Below are positions 36,986-45,515 of a DNA stretch of 64,000 bases, one piece after another. Every line of letters begins with the position of its first letter. Position 1 is the stretch's first letter. The notes under the pieces are model-generated. The model had not been told where the DNA came from, searched no databases, and saw only the letters and a program-made list of their open reading frames with translations. A program made the translations under genes and the position numbers. This stretch comes from Acidobacteriota bacterium (GTDB taxonomy: Bacteria; Acidobacteriota; Vicinamibacteria; Vicinamibacterales; SCN-69-37), in contig JADJUS010000004.1 in NCBI GenBank assembly GCA_016716905.1, forward strand, positions 1,163,603-1,227,602, written 5' to 3'.

Positions 36986-38542
36986 ATGATGAGAGTGTTG
37001 TGCACTGGTCTGCTCGTCGTCCTGGGCGCGGTCACGTCGGCCACGCCGGCGCAGACGCCGCGCGGCGGCCGTCCGAACATCATTTACATCATGACCGACG
37101 ACCATGCGGCGCATGCCATCAGCGCCTATGGCTCGAAGGTGAACAAGACGCCGCATCTGGATCGCCTGGCGCGCGAAGGCGCGTTGCTGACGTCGGTGTT
37201 TGCCACAAACTCGATCTGCACGCCAAGCCGGGCGGCCATCCTGACGGGGCAGTACGCGCATATCAACGGCGTCACCATGTTCAATCGGTTCGACAGTTCG
37301 CGCATGACCGTGGCGCGGCTGCTGCAGCAGGGCGGGTATTACACCGGCATGGTGGGCAAGTGGCATCTGGGCAGCGACCCGGTGGGATTCGATCGCTGGG
37401 AGATTCTGCCTGGGCAAGGGGTGTATCGCGATCCGGTGTTCTACACGGCCACCGACGAGAAGGTGTACAAGGGCGAGTACGCCACCGATGTCATCACAGA
37501 CCGCGCGCTGGATTTCTTGCAGAACCGGGCGCGGGACAAGCCATTCTTCCTGATGATGCATCACAAGGCGCCACATCGCCCGTGGCAGCCCAACGACGAA
37601 CATGGCGCGCACTTCGCGGCCCAGCGAATTCCCGAACCGGTCACGTTCTGGGATTCGTACGCCACCAGAACGGACGCGCTGCATGAGAACCAGCAGCGCG
37701 TGGCAGAAGACCTCACGAATCGCGACTTGAAGCTCACGCCACCGGAGGGCCTGGTGGGCCCGGACCTCACGCGGTGGTTCGGCACCAAACCCCAGTCGGT
37801 GACGATCGTGCGTGACGGCAAGGACGTGACGCTGACGGGCGAGGAACTCACGCGCTGGAAGTATCAGCGCTACATGCAGGACTACCTGGCCACCGTGCAG
37901 TCGGTGGACGACAGCGTCGGGCGTGTCCTTGCGTACCTCGACAAGGCCGGACTCGCCAGAAACACCATGGTGGTCTATACGAGTGACCAGGGCTTCTTCC
38001 TGGGCGACCACGGCATGTTCGACAAGCGATTCATGTACGAAGAGTCCATTCGCATGCCGTTCCTGGTGCGCTGGCCGGCGGGCATCAAGCCGGGCACCCG
38101 GAGTGACGCCCTCGGCCTCAACGTGGACTTTGCCCCGACGTTCCTTGAGGTGGCCGGCCTCCCGGCATCTGCGGAGATGCAGGGCCGCAGCCTGGCCCCA
38201 GTGCTGCGCGGCCGCACTCCGGCCGATTGGCGCAGCTCGATGTACTACCGCTACTACCACGACCCCGGCGACCACAACACGCGGGCACACTACGGTGTGC
38301 GCACGCGGACGCACAAACTGATCACCTTCTGGAAGAAGGACCAGTGGGAGCTGTACGACCTGGTCAACGATCCGTACGAACTCCACAATCTGTACGGTCA
38401 GCCCGGCCAGGAAGCCCTGACGGCCACGTTGAAAGCCGAGCTTGTGCGACTGAAACGGGAGCTGCGAGACGACGACCAGTTGGCCGACGTGCAGCTGCCC
38501 AATGGTGTGGACGGGGCGGTGGCCCGGCTCAGGGGGAAATAG
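36986..38542 (+). CDS. secreted sulfatase (formylglycine-dependent)
   Basis: Signal peptide, PNIIYIMTDDH, and CTPSRAAILTGQY (C-x-P-x-R formylglycine motif). GKWHLG and later sulfatase blocks are present. Confidence 0.92.
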   Translation: MMRVLCTGLLVVLGAVTSATPAQTPRGGRPNIIYIMTDDHAAHAISAYGSKVNKTPHLDRLAREGALLTSVFATNSICTPSRAAILTGQYAHINGVTMFNRFDSSRMTVARLLQQGGYYTGMVGKWHLGSDPVGFDRWEILPGQGVYRDPVFYTATDEKVYKGEYATDVITDRALDFLQNRARDKPFFLMMHHKAPHRPWQPNDEHGAHFAAQRIPEPVTFWDSYATRTDALHENQQRVAEDLTNRDLKLTPPEGLVGPDLTRWFGTKPQSVTIVRDGKDVTLTGEELTRWKYQRYMQDYLATVQSVDDSVGRVLAYLDKAGLARNTMVVYTSDQGFFLGDHGMFDKRFMYEESIRMPFLVRWPAGIKPGTRSDALGLNVDFAPTFLEVAGLPASAEMQGRSLAPVLRGRTPADWRSSMYYRYYHDPGDHNTRAHYGVRTRTHKLITFWKKDQWELYDLVNDPYELHNLYGQPGQEALTATLKAELVRLKRELRDDDQLADVQLPNGVDGAVARLRGK

Positions 38543-38546
38543 GCAC

Positions 38547-39695
38547 GTGCCGGGTGCCGTGGCGCCTTCGGTTGAGGACGTGGAGCAGGTCTCCCGGCTG
38601 TCAGACCCTGTCCTTCGCAATCTCTGGATCACGAATCACTATCACCGCCTCGCGGTGAGTTTTCCTCCCGGTGCCGGCGGGGGGGCGAACTGGTGCACGT
38701 TCGCCGTGTGGGCGTCGCGGCAGGCGGGGCAGACCATCCGCGGCGAGGATGTGCTTGATGTGATCGAGCGGCGCCTGGGGCGCGAGTCCAGGCTCATCAA
38801 CGGGATCAACCGATTGTGGCGCGGTGTCTTCGTCTACGCGATGGAACATCCGGAGTCGAAACGCGCACGAGCGCTCCGGATCGTGACAGCCGGGCCTTTG
38901 TCTCGCGCCAGCGATGCCGTCGCCCGTGGCAATCGCAAGGTCTATGAAGAAATCGCGCGCGAGTTCGCGCGCTTCCTGCCGCTCTGCAGGAACGGAGTGA
39001 TCGCCCCCAATGAACTGGCCGTGTTTCTGGCCGGCCTGCGACCGGGTGACGCGCCCGAAGGCCAGGACTATCTTCGGCGGGCGTTCACGCACTACGCGGC
39101 CGCACTGGAAACGGCCGACCCTGTGGCCCGCGCGGAGTTGGTGCTGCTCTCCAATCTGATAATCGGGTTGCATGAGCAGACGCGGCTCCAGCCTGAGATT
39201 CTCGAAGCACTGGAGGTGCCATTCGCCACGTTCGATGACGTGGGTCGCCGCTTGCTGCATGTGTTCGTGCCCGGCTGCATGAAGTGGCACTGGACGGTGA
39301 AAACGCCGATCGCCGTAGCCGTGGGGGCAGTGGCGCGAACGGCAGGACTCACGCTGCGTGGCGCGACGCGCTTTCTCATCACGGAGCGGATGATGACGTT
39401 ATCTTTCCCCGACGCGATGATCCATCTCGGCCGGGACCTCCGCGGGGATTACCCGGCGCCGTTGCGTGATCCGCGCAACGCCGATCTCGTCGAACTGCTC
39501 AACCGCTTCCGGCCGCCCGGCCATGATCCCAACGGCGTCGGCGCGTGCGACTGGTCTGTGCTCGAGCAGCGGATGTGCCTGATTGCGCAGCTGTTCCGAC
39601 TTCGTCAGACCGACCCCGTACTGTTCAACGCGCCCTACAACGCCGATCAGGTGACGGCGTTCGAGGCGGGCCGCCTGCCTGAGGGAGAGCTGTGA
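38547..39695 (+). CDS. hypothetical protein (no family recognised)
   Basis: Long ORF with normal-looking composition. GTG at 38547 is preceded by aggggga. Contains LRNLWITNHYHRL and ANWCTFAVWASRQAGQTIRGED. Confidence 0.65.
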   Translation: MPGAVAPSVEDVEQVSRLSDPVLRNLWITNHYHRLAVSFPPGAGGGANWCTFAVWASRQAGQTIRGEDVLDVIERRLGRESRLINGINRLWRGVFVYAMEHPESKRARALRIVTAGPLSRASDAVARGNRKVYEEIAREFARFLPLCRNGVIAPNELAVFLAGLRPGDAPEGQDYLRRAFTHYAAALETADPVARAELVLLSNLIIGLHEQTRLQPEILEALEVPFATFDDVGRRLLHVFVPGCMKWHWTVKTPIAVAVGAVARTAGLTLRGATRFLITERMMTLSFPDAMIHLGRDLRGDYPAPLRDPRNADLVELLNRFRPPGHDPNGVGACDWSVLEQRMCLIAQLFRLRQTDPVLFNAPYNADQVTAFEAGRLPEGEL

Positions 39696-39704
39696 AGGAT
39701 ACAC

Positions 39705-40091
39705 ATGACCAAACACGCCAGCGACGTTGACGCCTTCTTCTCGACACTGAAACACCCGCATACAGATGCCCTGCGCGCTGTGAGACAAGTGATCCTCGAT
39801 GCCGACCCGAAGATCACCGAAGGCATCAAGTGGAATGTGCCGAGCTTTCAGACGACCGAATATTTTGCGACCCTCCACGTGCGCACAAAGAAGGGCATTG
39901 GCGTCATCCTGCACTTCGGCGCGAAGAAGCGTGCCGGGCTCACCGCCCGCGCCGAAATCAAAGACGCGACGTCGGCGCTGGCGTGGCTGGCCGACGACCG
40001 CGCCGTCGTCGCGTTTGCGGATCTGAAAGACGTGAAGGCAAAGAAGCCCGCCTTCACCGCGATCATCAGACAGTGGATTACTTATCTGTAA
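39705..40091 (+). CDS. DUF1801 (YdhG-like) domain protein
   Basis: 128 aa. ...LRAVRQVILDADPKITEGIKWNVPSF... is the typical DUF1801 core. RBS gaagga lies upstream. Confidence 0.78.
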   Translation: MTKHASDVDAFFSTLKHPHTDALRAVRQVILDADPKITEGIKWNVPSFQTTEYFATLHVRTKKGIGVILHFGAKKRAGLTARAEIKDATSALAWLADDRAVVAFADLKDVKAKKPAFTAIIRQWITYL

Positions 40092-40095
40092 AGCG

Positions 40096-40148
40096 TCATT
40101 CCGTCATGGCAGTTCGCCATTTCGGACATTTGTGACATTTCGCCATTC
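40096..40148. mobile_element. MITE-like element fragment (one terminal arm only)
   Basis: gcagttcgccatttcggacatttgtgacatttcgccatt matches the right arm of the full copies at 48296, 49382 and 52527. Confidence 0.8.
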
Positions 40149-40149
40149 C

Positions 40150-41112
40150 CTAGGCCCAATAGGCTTCGCCCTTGGGCTGCGAGATGACGATGGGGCGGAG
40201 GAAGTCGATGGCTTTGCGCAGCCCCTCGGCCGGTGACATCAGGCTGTCTTCGTGCTCGATGCTGATGACGTGGTCGTAGCCCACCAGGCGCAGGTTGGAG
40301 ACGATGTCTTTCCAGACGCGCGGGTCGTGACCGTAGCCAACCGTGCGGAAGATCCAGGAGCGGTCGAGCTCTTTTGTGTAGGGCTTGGCGTCCAGCACGC
40401 CGTTGAGCGCGGTGTTGGCCGCGTCAATCCGGCAGTCCTTGGCGTGGACGTGGAAGATGCGATCGCCGAGCGCGCGGATCGACTGCACGGGATCCGCCTG
40501 CTGCCAAAAGAGGTGACTGGGATCGAAGTTGCAGCCGATCACTTTCGGAGCGATCGCTGACAACCGCAGCATCGTCTCGGCGTTGTACGCCACGAAGTTC
40601 GGATGCATCTCGACTGCGACCCGTACGCCTGCCGACCGGCATTTCTTGGCCGTCGCAGTCCAGTACGGCACCACGCGCTCGGTCCACTGCCATTCGAGGG
40701 CGGCCGCAAACTCGGGCGGCCACGGAGACACGATCCATGACGGCTGCTGCGCCTTGCCGTCGCTGCCGGGGCAGCCGCTGAACGTGATGACCGTCTGCAC
40801 CTCGAGCTTCGCGGCGAGCTGCACCGTCCGCTGAAACACCTCGTCGTGTGCCTTGGCGATGCGGCGATCGGGGTGCAGGGGATTGCCATGGCAGCTGAGT
40901 GCGCTGATCGTGAGACCCCGCGCGCGGATGGCATCGCGAAACGCCTTGAGCTTACGGTCGCTCGAGAGCAGTTCGCCCGGATTGCAGTGCGCGTTCCCAG
41001 GATACGCGCCCGTGCCCAGTTCCACGGCGTCAAGACCGAGTTCGACCACCGCATCGAGCATCGGCTCGAGGGGACGGTCGGATAACAAAACGGCAAACAC
41101 TCCTAATTTCAC
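40150..41112 (-). CDS. sugar phosphate isomerase/epimerase (xylose-isomerase-like TIM barrel)
   Basis: 320 aa. MKLGVFAVLL...GLDAVELGTG, HGNPLHPD, VAVEMHPNFV, FDPSHLFWQ and ISIEHED metal-ligand blocks are typical of AP_endonuc_2 / xylose-isomerase-like proteins. Confidence 0.88.
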   Translation of the reverse strand: MKLGVFAVLLSDRPLEPMLDAVVELGLDAVELGTGAYPGNAHCNPGELLSSDRKLKAFRDAIRARGLTISALSCHGNPLHPDRRIAKAHDEVFQRTVQLAAKLEVQTVITFSGCPGSDGKAQQPSWIVSPWPPEFAAALEWQWTERVVPYWTATAKKCRSAGVRVAVEMHPNFVAYNAETMLRLSAIAPKVIGCNFDPSHLFWQQADPVQSIRALGDRIFHVHAKDCRIDAANTALNGVLDAKPYTKELDRSWIFRTVGYGHDPRVWKDIVSNLRLVGYDHVISIEHEDSLMSPAEGLRKAIDFLRPIVISQPKGEAYWA

Positions 41113-41126
41113 GTCCTCACCTCAGT

Positions 41127-41193
41127 CCTCGTAGGGCGCGCTGGTTCTCCTGCCGAGTCCCGCGGCCTTGAGACCCAGGCCGCGCTACGAAAT
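41127..41193. repeat. REP-A unit pair
   Basis: cctcgtagggcgcgctgg...ccgcggccttgagacccaggccgcgctacgaaatg. Confidence 0.8.
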
Positions 41194-41194
41194 G

Positions 41195-41218
41195 CAGTTC
41201 CCCAGTTCCCCAGTTCCT
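41195..41218. repeat. 8-bp microsatellite (CAGTTCCC) x3 at the 3' end of the oxidoreductase gene
   Basis: cagttccc cagttccc cagttcct. This is the reverse complement of the GGGAACTG unit at 34855-34886. Confidence 0.9.
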
Positions 41219-42381
41219 CACTTGACTACTTCCCAACGACGCGATTTCGAGGCGCGTTCGATTGCCGTGAGGACGCGCTGGTTCTCGACCCCATCCGAGA
41301 AGTTCGGTGATGGCACCTTTTCATCCGCGATCGCTTCAAGGAGGTCGTATACCGTATGCACAAACGTGTGCTCGTAGCCGATGACGTGCCCGGGCGGCCA
41401 CCAGTGCCCGATGAACGGGTGCGAACTTTCCGTGACCATGATGGTGCGGAAGCCCCGCAGGTGGGGCGGATCGTTGTCGAAGTAGACCTCGAGCTCGTTC
41501 ATCCGTTCCAGGTTGAACGCCACGCTGCCCAGGCGGCCGTTGATCTCAAAGCGGTTGTAGTTCTTGCGGCCGTTGGCCATGCGTGTGGCTTCGATGGTGC
41601 CCGTCGCGCCGCCGGAAAAATGCACCAGCGCCATCGCCGCATCGTCTACCGTCACTTCGGCCAGTTCCGTCAGTTCCGTCAGTTCCGTCAGTTCCGTCAG
41701 TTCCGCCAGTTCCGCCAGTTTCCTAGGGCGCGTCTTCACGAACGTCGTGAGATCTGCCGAGACCTCGGAGATCTCGCCCACCAGGTACCGTGCGAGGTCG
41801 ATCGAGTGCGACGCGATGTCGCCCAGAGCCCCCGACCCGGCCTTGGTGCGGTCGAGCCGCCAGTTGAACGGTGCGGCCGGGTCCGACATCCAGTCCTGAA
41901 GGTAGGTGCCGCGATAGTGGCGGATCTCGCCGAGTGCGCCTTCGCTGATGAGTTGCCGGGCCAGCATCACTGCGGGCGCGCGCCGGTAGTTGTGGCAAAT
42001 CATGTGCGCCACACCGGCCTTTTCAACCGCGGCCAGCATGCGCTCGGCGTCCTTGAGCGAGTTGGCGAGCGGCTTTTCGCAGAACACGTGTTTGCCGGCG
42101 CGTGCGGCCGCGATGGCGATTTCTGCGTGACTGTCGCCGGGCGTGCACACATCCACGAGATCGACGTCTTTGCGGCGCACGACCTCGCGCCAATCGGTGG
42201 CGCCTTCGTCCCAGCCGAGCGTCTGACGCGCGCGCTCCACCTCGGTGGCCGTCCGGCCACAGATGACCTTCATTCGGGCAGGCCGACGCGGCGAAAAAAA
42301 CGCCGACGTCTGGCGATAGGCGTTGCTGTGCGCCCGCCCCATGAACGCGTAGCCGATGAGCGCAACGTTGATTGGAGCCAT
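41218..42381 (-). CDS. Gfo/Idh/MocA family oxidoreductase (cytoplasmic type) carrying an in-frame (ELT/ELA)n insertion
   Basis: [22 protein letters not shown] Rossmann start, FCEKPLANS and ICHNYRR. Start trimmed from ORF end 42627 to the ATG at 42379-42381. The upstream 82 aa of that ORF is an out-of-frame read of the cytochrome c gene. Confidence 0.88.
   Translation of the reverse strand: MAPINVALIGYAFMGRAHSNAYRQTSAFFSPRRPARMKVICGRTATEVERARQTLGWDEGATDWREVVRRKDVDLVDVCTPGDSHAEIAIAAARAGKHVFCEKPLANSLKDAERMLAAVEKAGVAHMICHNYRRAPAVMLARQLISEGALGEIRHYRGTYLQDWMSDPAAPFNWRLDRTKAGSGALGDIASHSIDLARYLVGEISEVSADLTTFVKTRPRKLAELAELTELTELTELTELAEVTVDDAAMALVHFSGGATGTIEATRMANGRKNYNRFEINGRLGSVAFNLERMNELEVYFDNDPPHLRGFRTIMVTESSHPFIGHWWPPGHVIGYEHTFVHTVYDLLEAIADEKVPSPNFSDGVENQRVLTAIERASKSRRWEVVK
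41653..41724. repeat. 9-bp microsatellite (CAGTTCCGY) about 8 units, inside the oxidoreductase CDS
   Basis: cagttccgt x4, cagttccgc x2, and degenerate flanking units. On the minus strand it is translated as [23 protein letters not shown]. Confidence 0.92.
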
Positions 42382-42398
42382 AAAGTCCTGAGCGTCCG

Positions 42399-42769
42399 TT
42401 ACTTTTCGGGAGGCAGCGTCTTGTCGAACGAGCGGACATGGGCGGCCAGCGCCTTGATCTCGTCGGCTTTGAGTTTGCCCTTGAACGACATCATCGGCGT
42501 GCCTTTCACGCCGTCCGTGATGACCTTCACCATGTCCGTGGACTTCGTGCCGTGTTTCCACTTGCGTCCGATAAAGGCCATCGTGGGAATCGCGGCTTTG
42601 CCCATGGGGCCGTGGCACATCACGCAATGCACGCGATAGAGCGTGGCGACGTTGGGCGCGACTGAGAAGTGGCGGAACTGACAGAACTGGCGGAACTGGC
42701 GGAACTGGCGGAACTGGCGGAAATGGCAGAACTGATGGAAATGGCCGTAATCAGCAGAAAGACTCGCAT
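42399..42769 (-). pseudogene. class I c-type cytochrome; signal peptide and haem domain lie in different frames (apparent frameshift near 42650-42662)
   Basis: The haem domain ORF 42399..42632 has CVMCH and a later methionine ([10 protein letters not shown]). A signal-peptide-like [26 protein letters not shown]... starts at the ATG 42767-42769 but stops at 42620 in another frame. The haem frame has no ATG or signal peptide upstream. Confidence 0.55.
42664..42744. repeat. 9-bp microsatellite (GCGGAACTG family) 9 units, inverted relative to 41653-41724
   Basis: gagaagtgg cggaactga cagaactgg cggaactgg x3 cggaaatgg cagaactga tggaaatgg. Confidence 0.92.
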
Positions 42770-42796
42770 TGGGCTATTTTCCCACGCCAACGGCGG

Positions 42797-42893
42797 AAAA
42801 AGACCTGTGTACACGAAACGACCTCAGAGGTCGTTTTCCTGGATCGGCTATGAAAACGACCTCTGAGGTCGTTTCGTGTACACAGGTCTTTTT
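42797..42893. terminator. perfect 41-bp inverted repeat with 15-nt loop, flanked by A5/T5 (bidirectional terminator-like)
   Basis: Left arm 42797-42837 is aaaaagacctgtgtacacgaaacgacctcagaggtcgtttt. Right arm 42853-42893 is its exact reverse complement (checked base by base). Each arm contains a nested palindrome acgacctc-a-gaggtcgt. Confidence 0.7.
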
Positions 42894-44917
42894 CATTCGC
42901 GCGGGCGGGCAATCAACGCTCCCGCATAACACAGGGCCACCAGGCCGATGAGGGCGCCGTAGCCGGTGATCAGCGCCAGATACTCCGCCACGCCGCCGGC
43001 CATCGCCCCCAAAAGGTTGGTGCCGTAGTCGCGAGGGAGAGATGTTGATCGCTTGATCGCGGAGCCGAACAGCAGGCCCGCGCAGAAGATGGGGCTGAAG
43101 CCAAGCAGGACATAGGTCAGGGACTCAGCGGCGAGACTGTCGAAGGCGAGCCGGCCCACAGGCACCATGTAGCTGAGGCCGAGCAAACCGAGGAGCACAG
43201 CACCAATCATCCAGGGCCGGCGAATCTCCCACCGCGACACCACAAAATTGGCCGCGAGTGCCATCACCAGCACCGAGACAATCGCCAGCGATGCCACCAC
43301 CCAGGTTGAGCCCCACAACAGGGCAAACTGCGTGATGGACTTCGTTTCCAGCAGCATGAACCCGGCGCCCAACAGGAAGAATTCCCACGACCATCGTCCC
43401 GACGCCCTGCGGACGACGGGCGCGACAACCAGTAGTGAGGCGCCGAGGATCAGCAGGAGCGTGTAGATGTAGTGGCGCGGGATGTGACGGTCGCGCAGGT
43501 AGAGGAACGGCCAGTCATCCGACGCAGGCTCGATGTTGCGATCCCGCTGATGCAGGCGCGCCGGGCTCGGTGCGTGCGACTGGCCAAAGGCCGTCACGCG
43601 CTCAGGAATCGCCGGAGAGGCAGGCATCTGCGCCACACGCGGTCCCGCCAGCATGACGCCCAGGAACGACCGCGCCTCGTGCACGTGCACGTAAGGCTCG
43701 GTCCCGAAGGCCACAGCGGCGCTGTTGGCGAGCCGATCGACCAGCCACGGTTCGCGGAAGTAGTTGTAGACCGCCAGCACCCCGTTGTCGGTCAAGCGGT
43801 CGCGGACATCCGCAAACGCCTCCTGCGTGAACATGTAGCTCTCGAGGCGCACGCCTGAAAAGCCCGACTGCAGCGTCAGCGAGTCTATGAGCGCAAACAC
43901 CACCATGTCGTACTTCTTGGTGGTCGTCCTCAGGTAATGCCGCGCATCGTCATTAATCACCGTCACACGCGGGTCCGAGAAGGGTTGGTCCGGATGCAAC
44001 TCCCGCCCAAGCCTGATGATGGTGGGATCGATTTCGACGGCATCAACGTGTTTGGCGCCATGCCGCAAGGCCGCTGACACGTCGCTGCCCGAGCCGGCGC
44101 CAAGCACGAGCACGTTTTCGAACGTGTCGCCGAAGACGGAGTAGGGCCACTGGTAGAAGTACTCCTTCTGATCGAGTGACGCCATCGACTGGTGGAAGAT
44201 GTTGTTGACCTCCACCACCGTGTCTCCGCCCTGCTGGCGAACCACGATCTTGTAGTACGGCGACCACAACGTGTTGGCGGAGATCATGTGCACCAGCACC
44301 ACCGTGGCGGCGACGAGAGTGACGCCGACCGCACCCAGCACGCGGCTTCTGCCGGATGTGGCGCCTGGTTCCGCAGACAAGAGCAGCGGCGTGGCCACCA
44401 CGGCACCGATCCCGAACCACACCGACGGTGGCAGCTCGAACCACGACATCACGCCCAGCATCAACACGCCGGCCAGGCTGCCCGCCACGTTCCACGTGTA
44501 GGCCGGCAGTGAGGGAAGCGTGCTCATCTCGCGGCCCATGCGCTGCGCCAGTGCCGTGAAGAGCGCCACCACCACAAAGAAGATCGCGGGCAGCAACAGC
44601 ACGCTTTCGATCTGAAGAATGTCTTCGTTCGTGCCGCTGGTGAAGTAGATGGCGCCTGTGGCCACCACGTTGACCTCGAGCCGGAAGAAGGCGGCGCCGG
44701 CGACGATGGCGAGGAGGATGAACGGGAACCACGCAAAGAGCCGCGTGCGCGCATCAGCGAGCAGGCAGCCCAGGCCGATGCCGAGGAAGCTGGCCAGCAG
44801 GATGAAGTTCGAGAAGAACGAGAGCAACCGGATGTTCGCCGGGAGCCAGCGAATCAACGCGATTTCCAGAAAAAGAACGAGGAACGAGACCGAGAAGATC
44901 TTCAGGGCAGCCATCAA
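42893..44917 (-). CDS. polytopic membrane protein with central spermidine-synthase-like methyltransferase-fold domain
   Basis: 674 aa. About 7 N-terminal and about 5 C-terminal TM helices flank VLVLGAGSGSDVSAALRHGAKHVDAVEIDP...VINDDARHYL...YDMVVFALIDS (spermidine synthase / SAM-fold motifs). Confidence 0.82.
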   Translation of the reverse strand: MMAALKIFSVSFLVLFLEIALIRWLPANIRLLSFFSNFILLASFLGIGLGCLLADARTRLFAWFPFILLAIVAGAAFFRLEVNVVATGAIYFTSGTNEDILQIESVLLLPAIFFVVVALFTALAQRMGREMSTLPSLPAYTWNVAGSLAGVLMLGVMSWFELPPSVWFGIGAVVATPLLLSAEPGATSGRSRVLGAVGVTLVAATVVLVHMISANTLWSPYYKIVVRQQGGDTVVEVNNIFHQSMASLDQKEYFYQWPYSVFGDTFENVLVLGAGSGSDVSAALRHGAKHVDAVEIDPTIIRLGRELHPDQPFSDPRVTVINDDARHYLRTTTKKYDMVVFALIDSLTLQSGFSGVRLESYMFTQEAFADVRDRLTDNGVLAVYNYFREPWLVDRLANSAAVAFGTEPYVHVHEARSFLGVMLAGPRVAQMPASPAIPERVTAFGQSHAPSPARLHQRDRNIEPASDDWPFLYLRDRHIPRHYIYTLLLILGASLLVVAPVVRRASGRWSWEFFLLGAGFMLLETKSITQFALLWGSTWVVASLAIVSVLVMALAANFVVSRWEIRRPWMIGAVLLGLLGLSYMVPVGRLAFDSLAAESLTYVLLGFSPIFCAGLLFGSAIKRSTSLPRDYGTNLLGAMAGGVAEYLALITGYGALIGLVALCYAGALIARPRE

Positions 44918-44920
44918 GTG

Positions 44921-45515
44921 CTACTCGCCCGCCGACAAGAGGCCGAGCTTCTTCAGCACGTCGTCTGGACAGCCGTTCCATGTGGGCACAAACGTGTTGC
45001 CCATGTACTGAAGGTCTTCGATGCCCATCTGGCTCGACCAGAAACCGCTGGCGGTGAGGTCGCGGAAGCTGTTGAAAAAGGGAACGCCGTGCGAGGTTGC
45101 GGGATTCACACGCTGGGGCCACGCGATGTCATCGAGGACGGCGCGCCGCTGGGCGTCGGAACATCGCACGAAGTCGAGGTCGAACCGCCGATGGCACTCG
45201 AGGTCGAGCCAGGCGAGTCCGCCGCGCATCGCGTTCTGGCGGTTGAGTCTGCTCGTTGAGGATGAAGTCCATGAACTGGGGCACGCCCGCGTCGGTCGCG
45301 CTGCCAGACTTGGCGTCCTTCGGAATGATGAGATCCACCAGCACCTTGACGGTCTCGTATTCGTGCGCGGTGAAGAACACCGGCTTGAAGGGCGCCTGCG
45401 CGGTTCGAGTGAGGATGCTGGCATGGACCACTTCTTCGCCGGTCCAGGAAAACGCCGCGGCCATCGGCGCCGCCGCCGCCAGTTTGAGCAATGCCCGTCG
45501 ATTCATCGTCGCCAT
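44921..45515 (-). pseudogene. gluconate 2-dehydrogenase subunit 3 family TAT small subunit, apparent frameshift near 45240-45260
   Basis: The N-terminal part (frame of ORF 45129..45899) reads MATMNRRALLKLAAAAPMAAAF...DAGVPQFMDFILNEQ. The C-terminal part (ORF 44921..45424) reads ...RLNRQNAMRGGLAWLDLECHRRFDLDFVRCSDAQRRAVLDDIAWP.... The start ATG overlaps the GMC gene stop (TAATG). Confidence 0.6.

Noticed and set aside
36908-38632. 574-aa minus-strand ORF
   Set aside because: It is antisense to the sulfatase gene, which carries the diagnostic CTPSR motif. It is a shadow ORF.
41218-42627. 469-aa ORF suggesting a long N-terminal extension of the oxidoreductase
   Set aside because: The first 82 residues are an out-of-frame read through the cytochrome c gene (His/Arg/Gly-rich). 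The canonical Rossmann start [11 protein letters not shown] begins at 42381, 17 nt after the cytochrome c stop.
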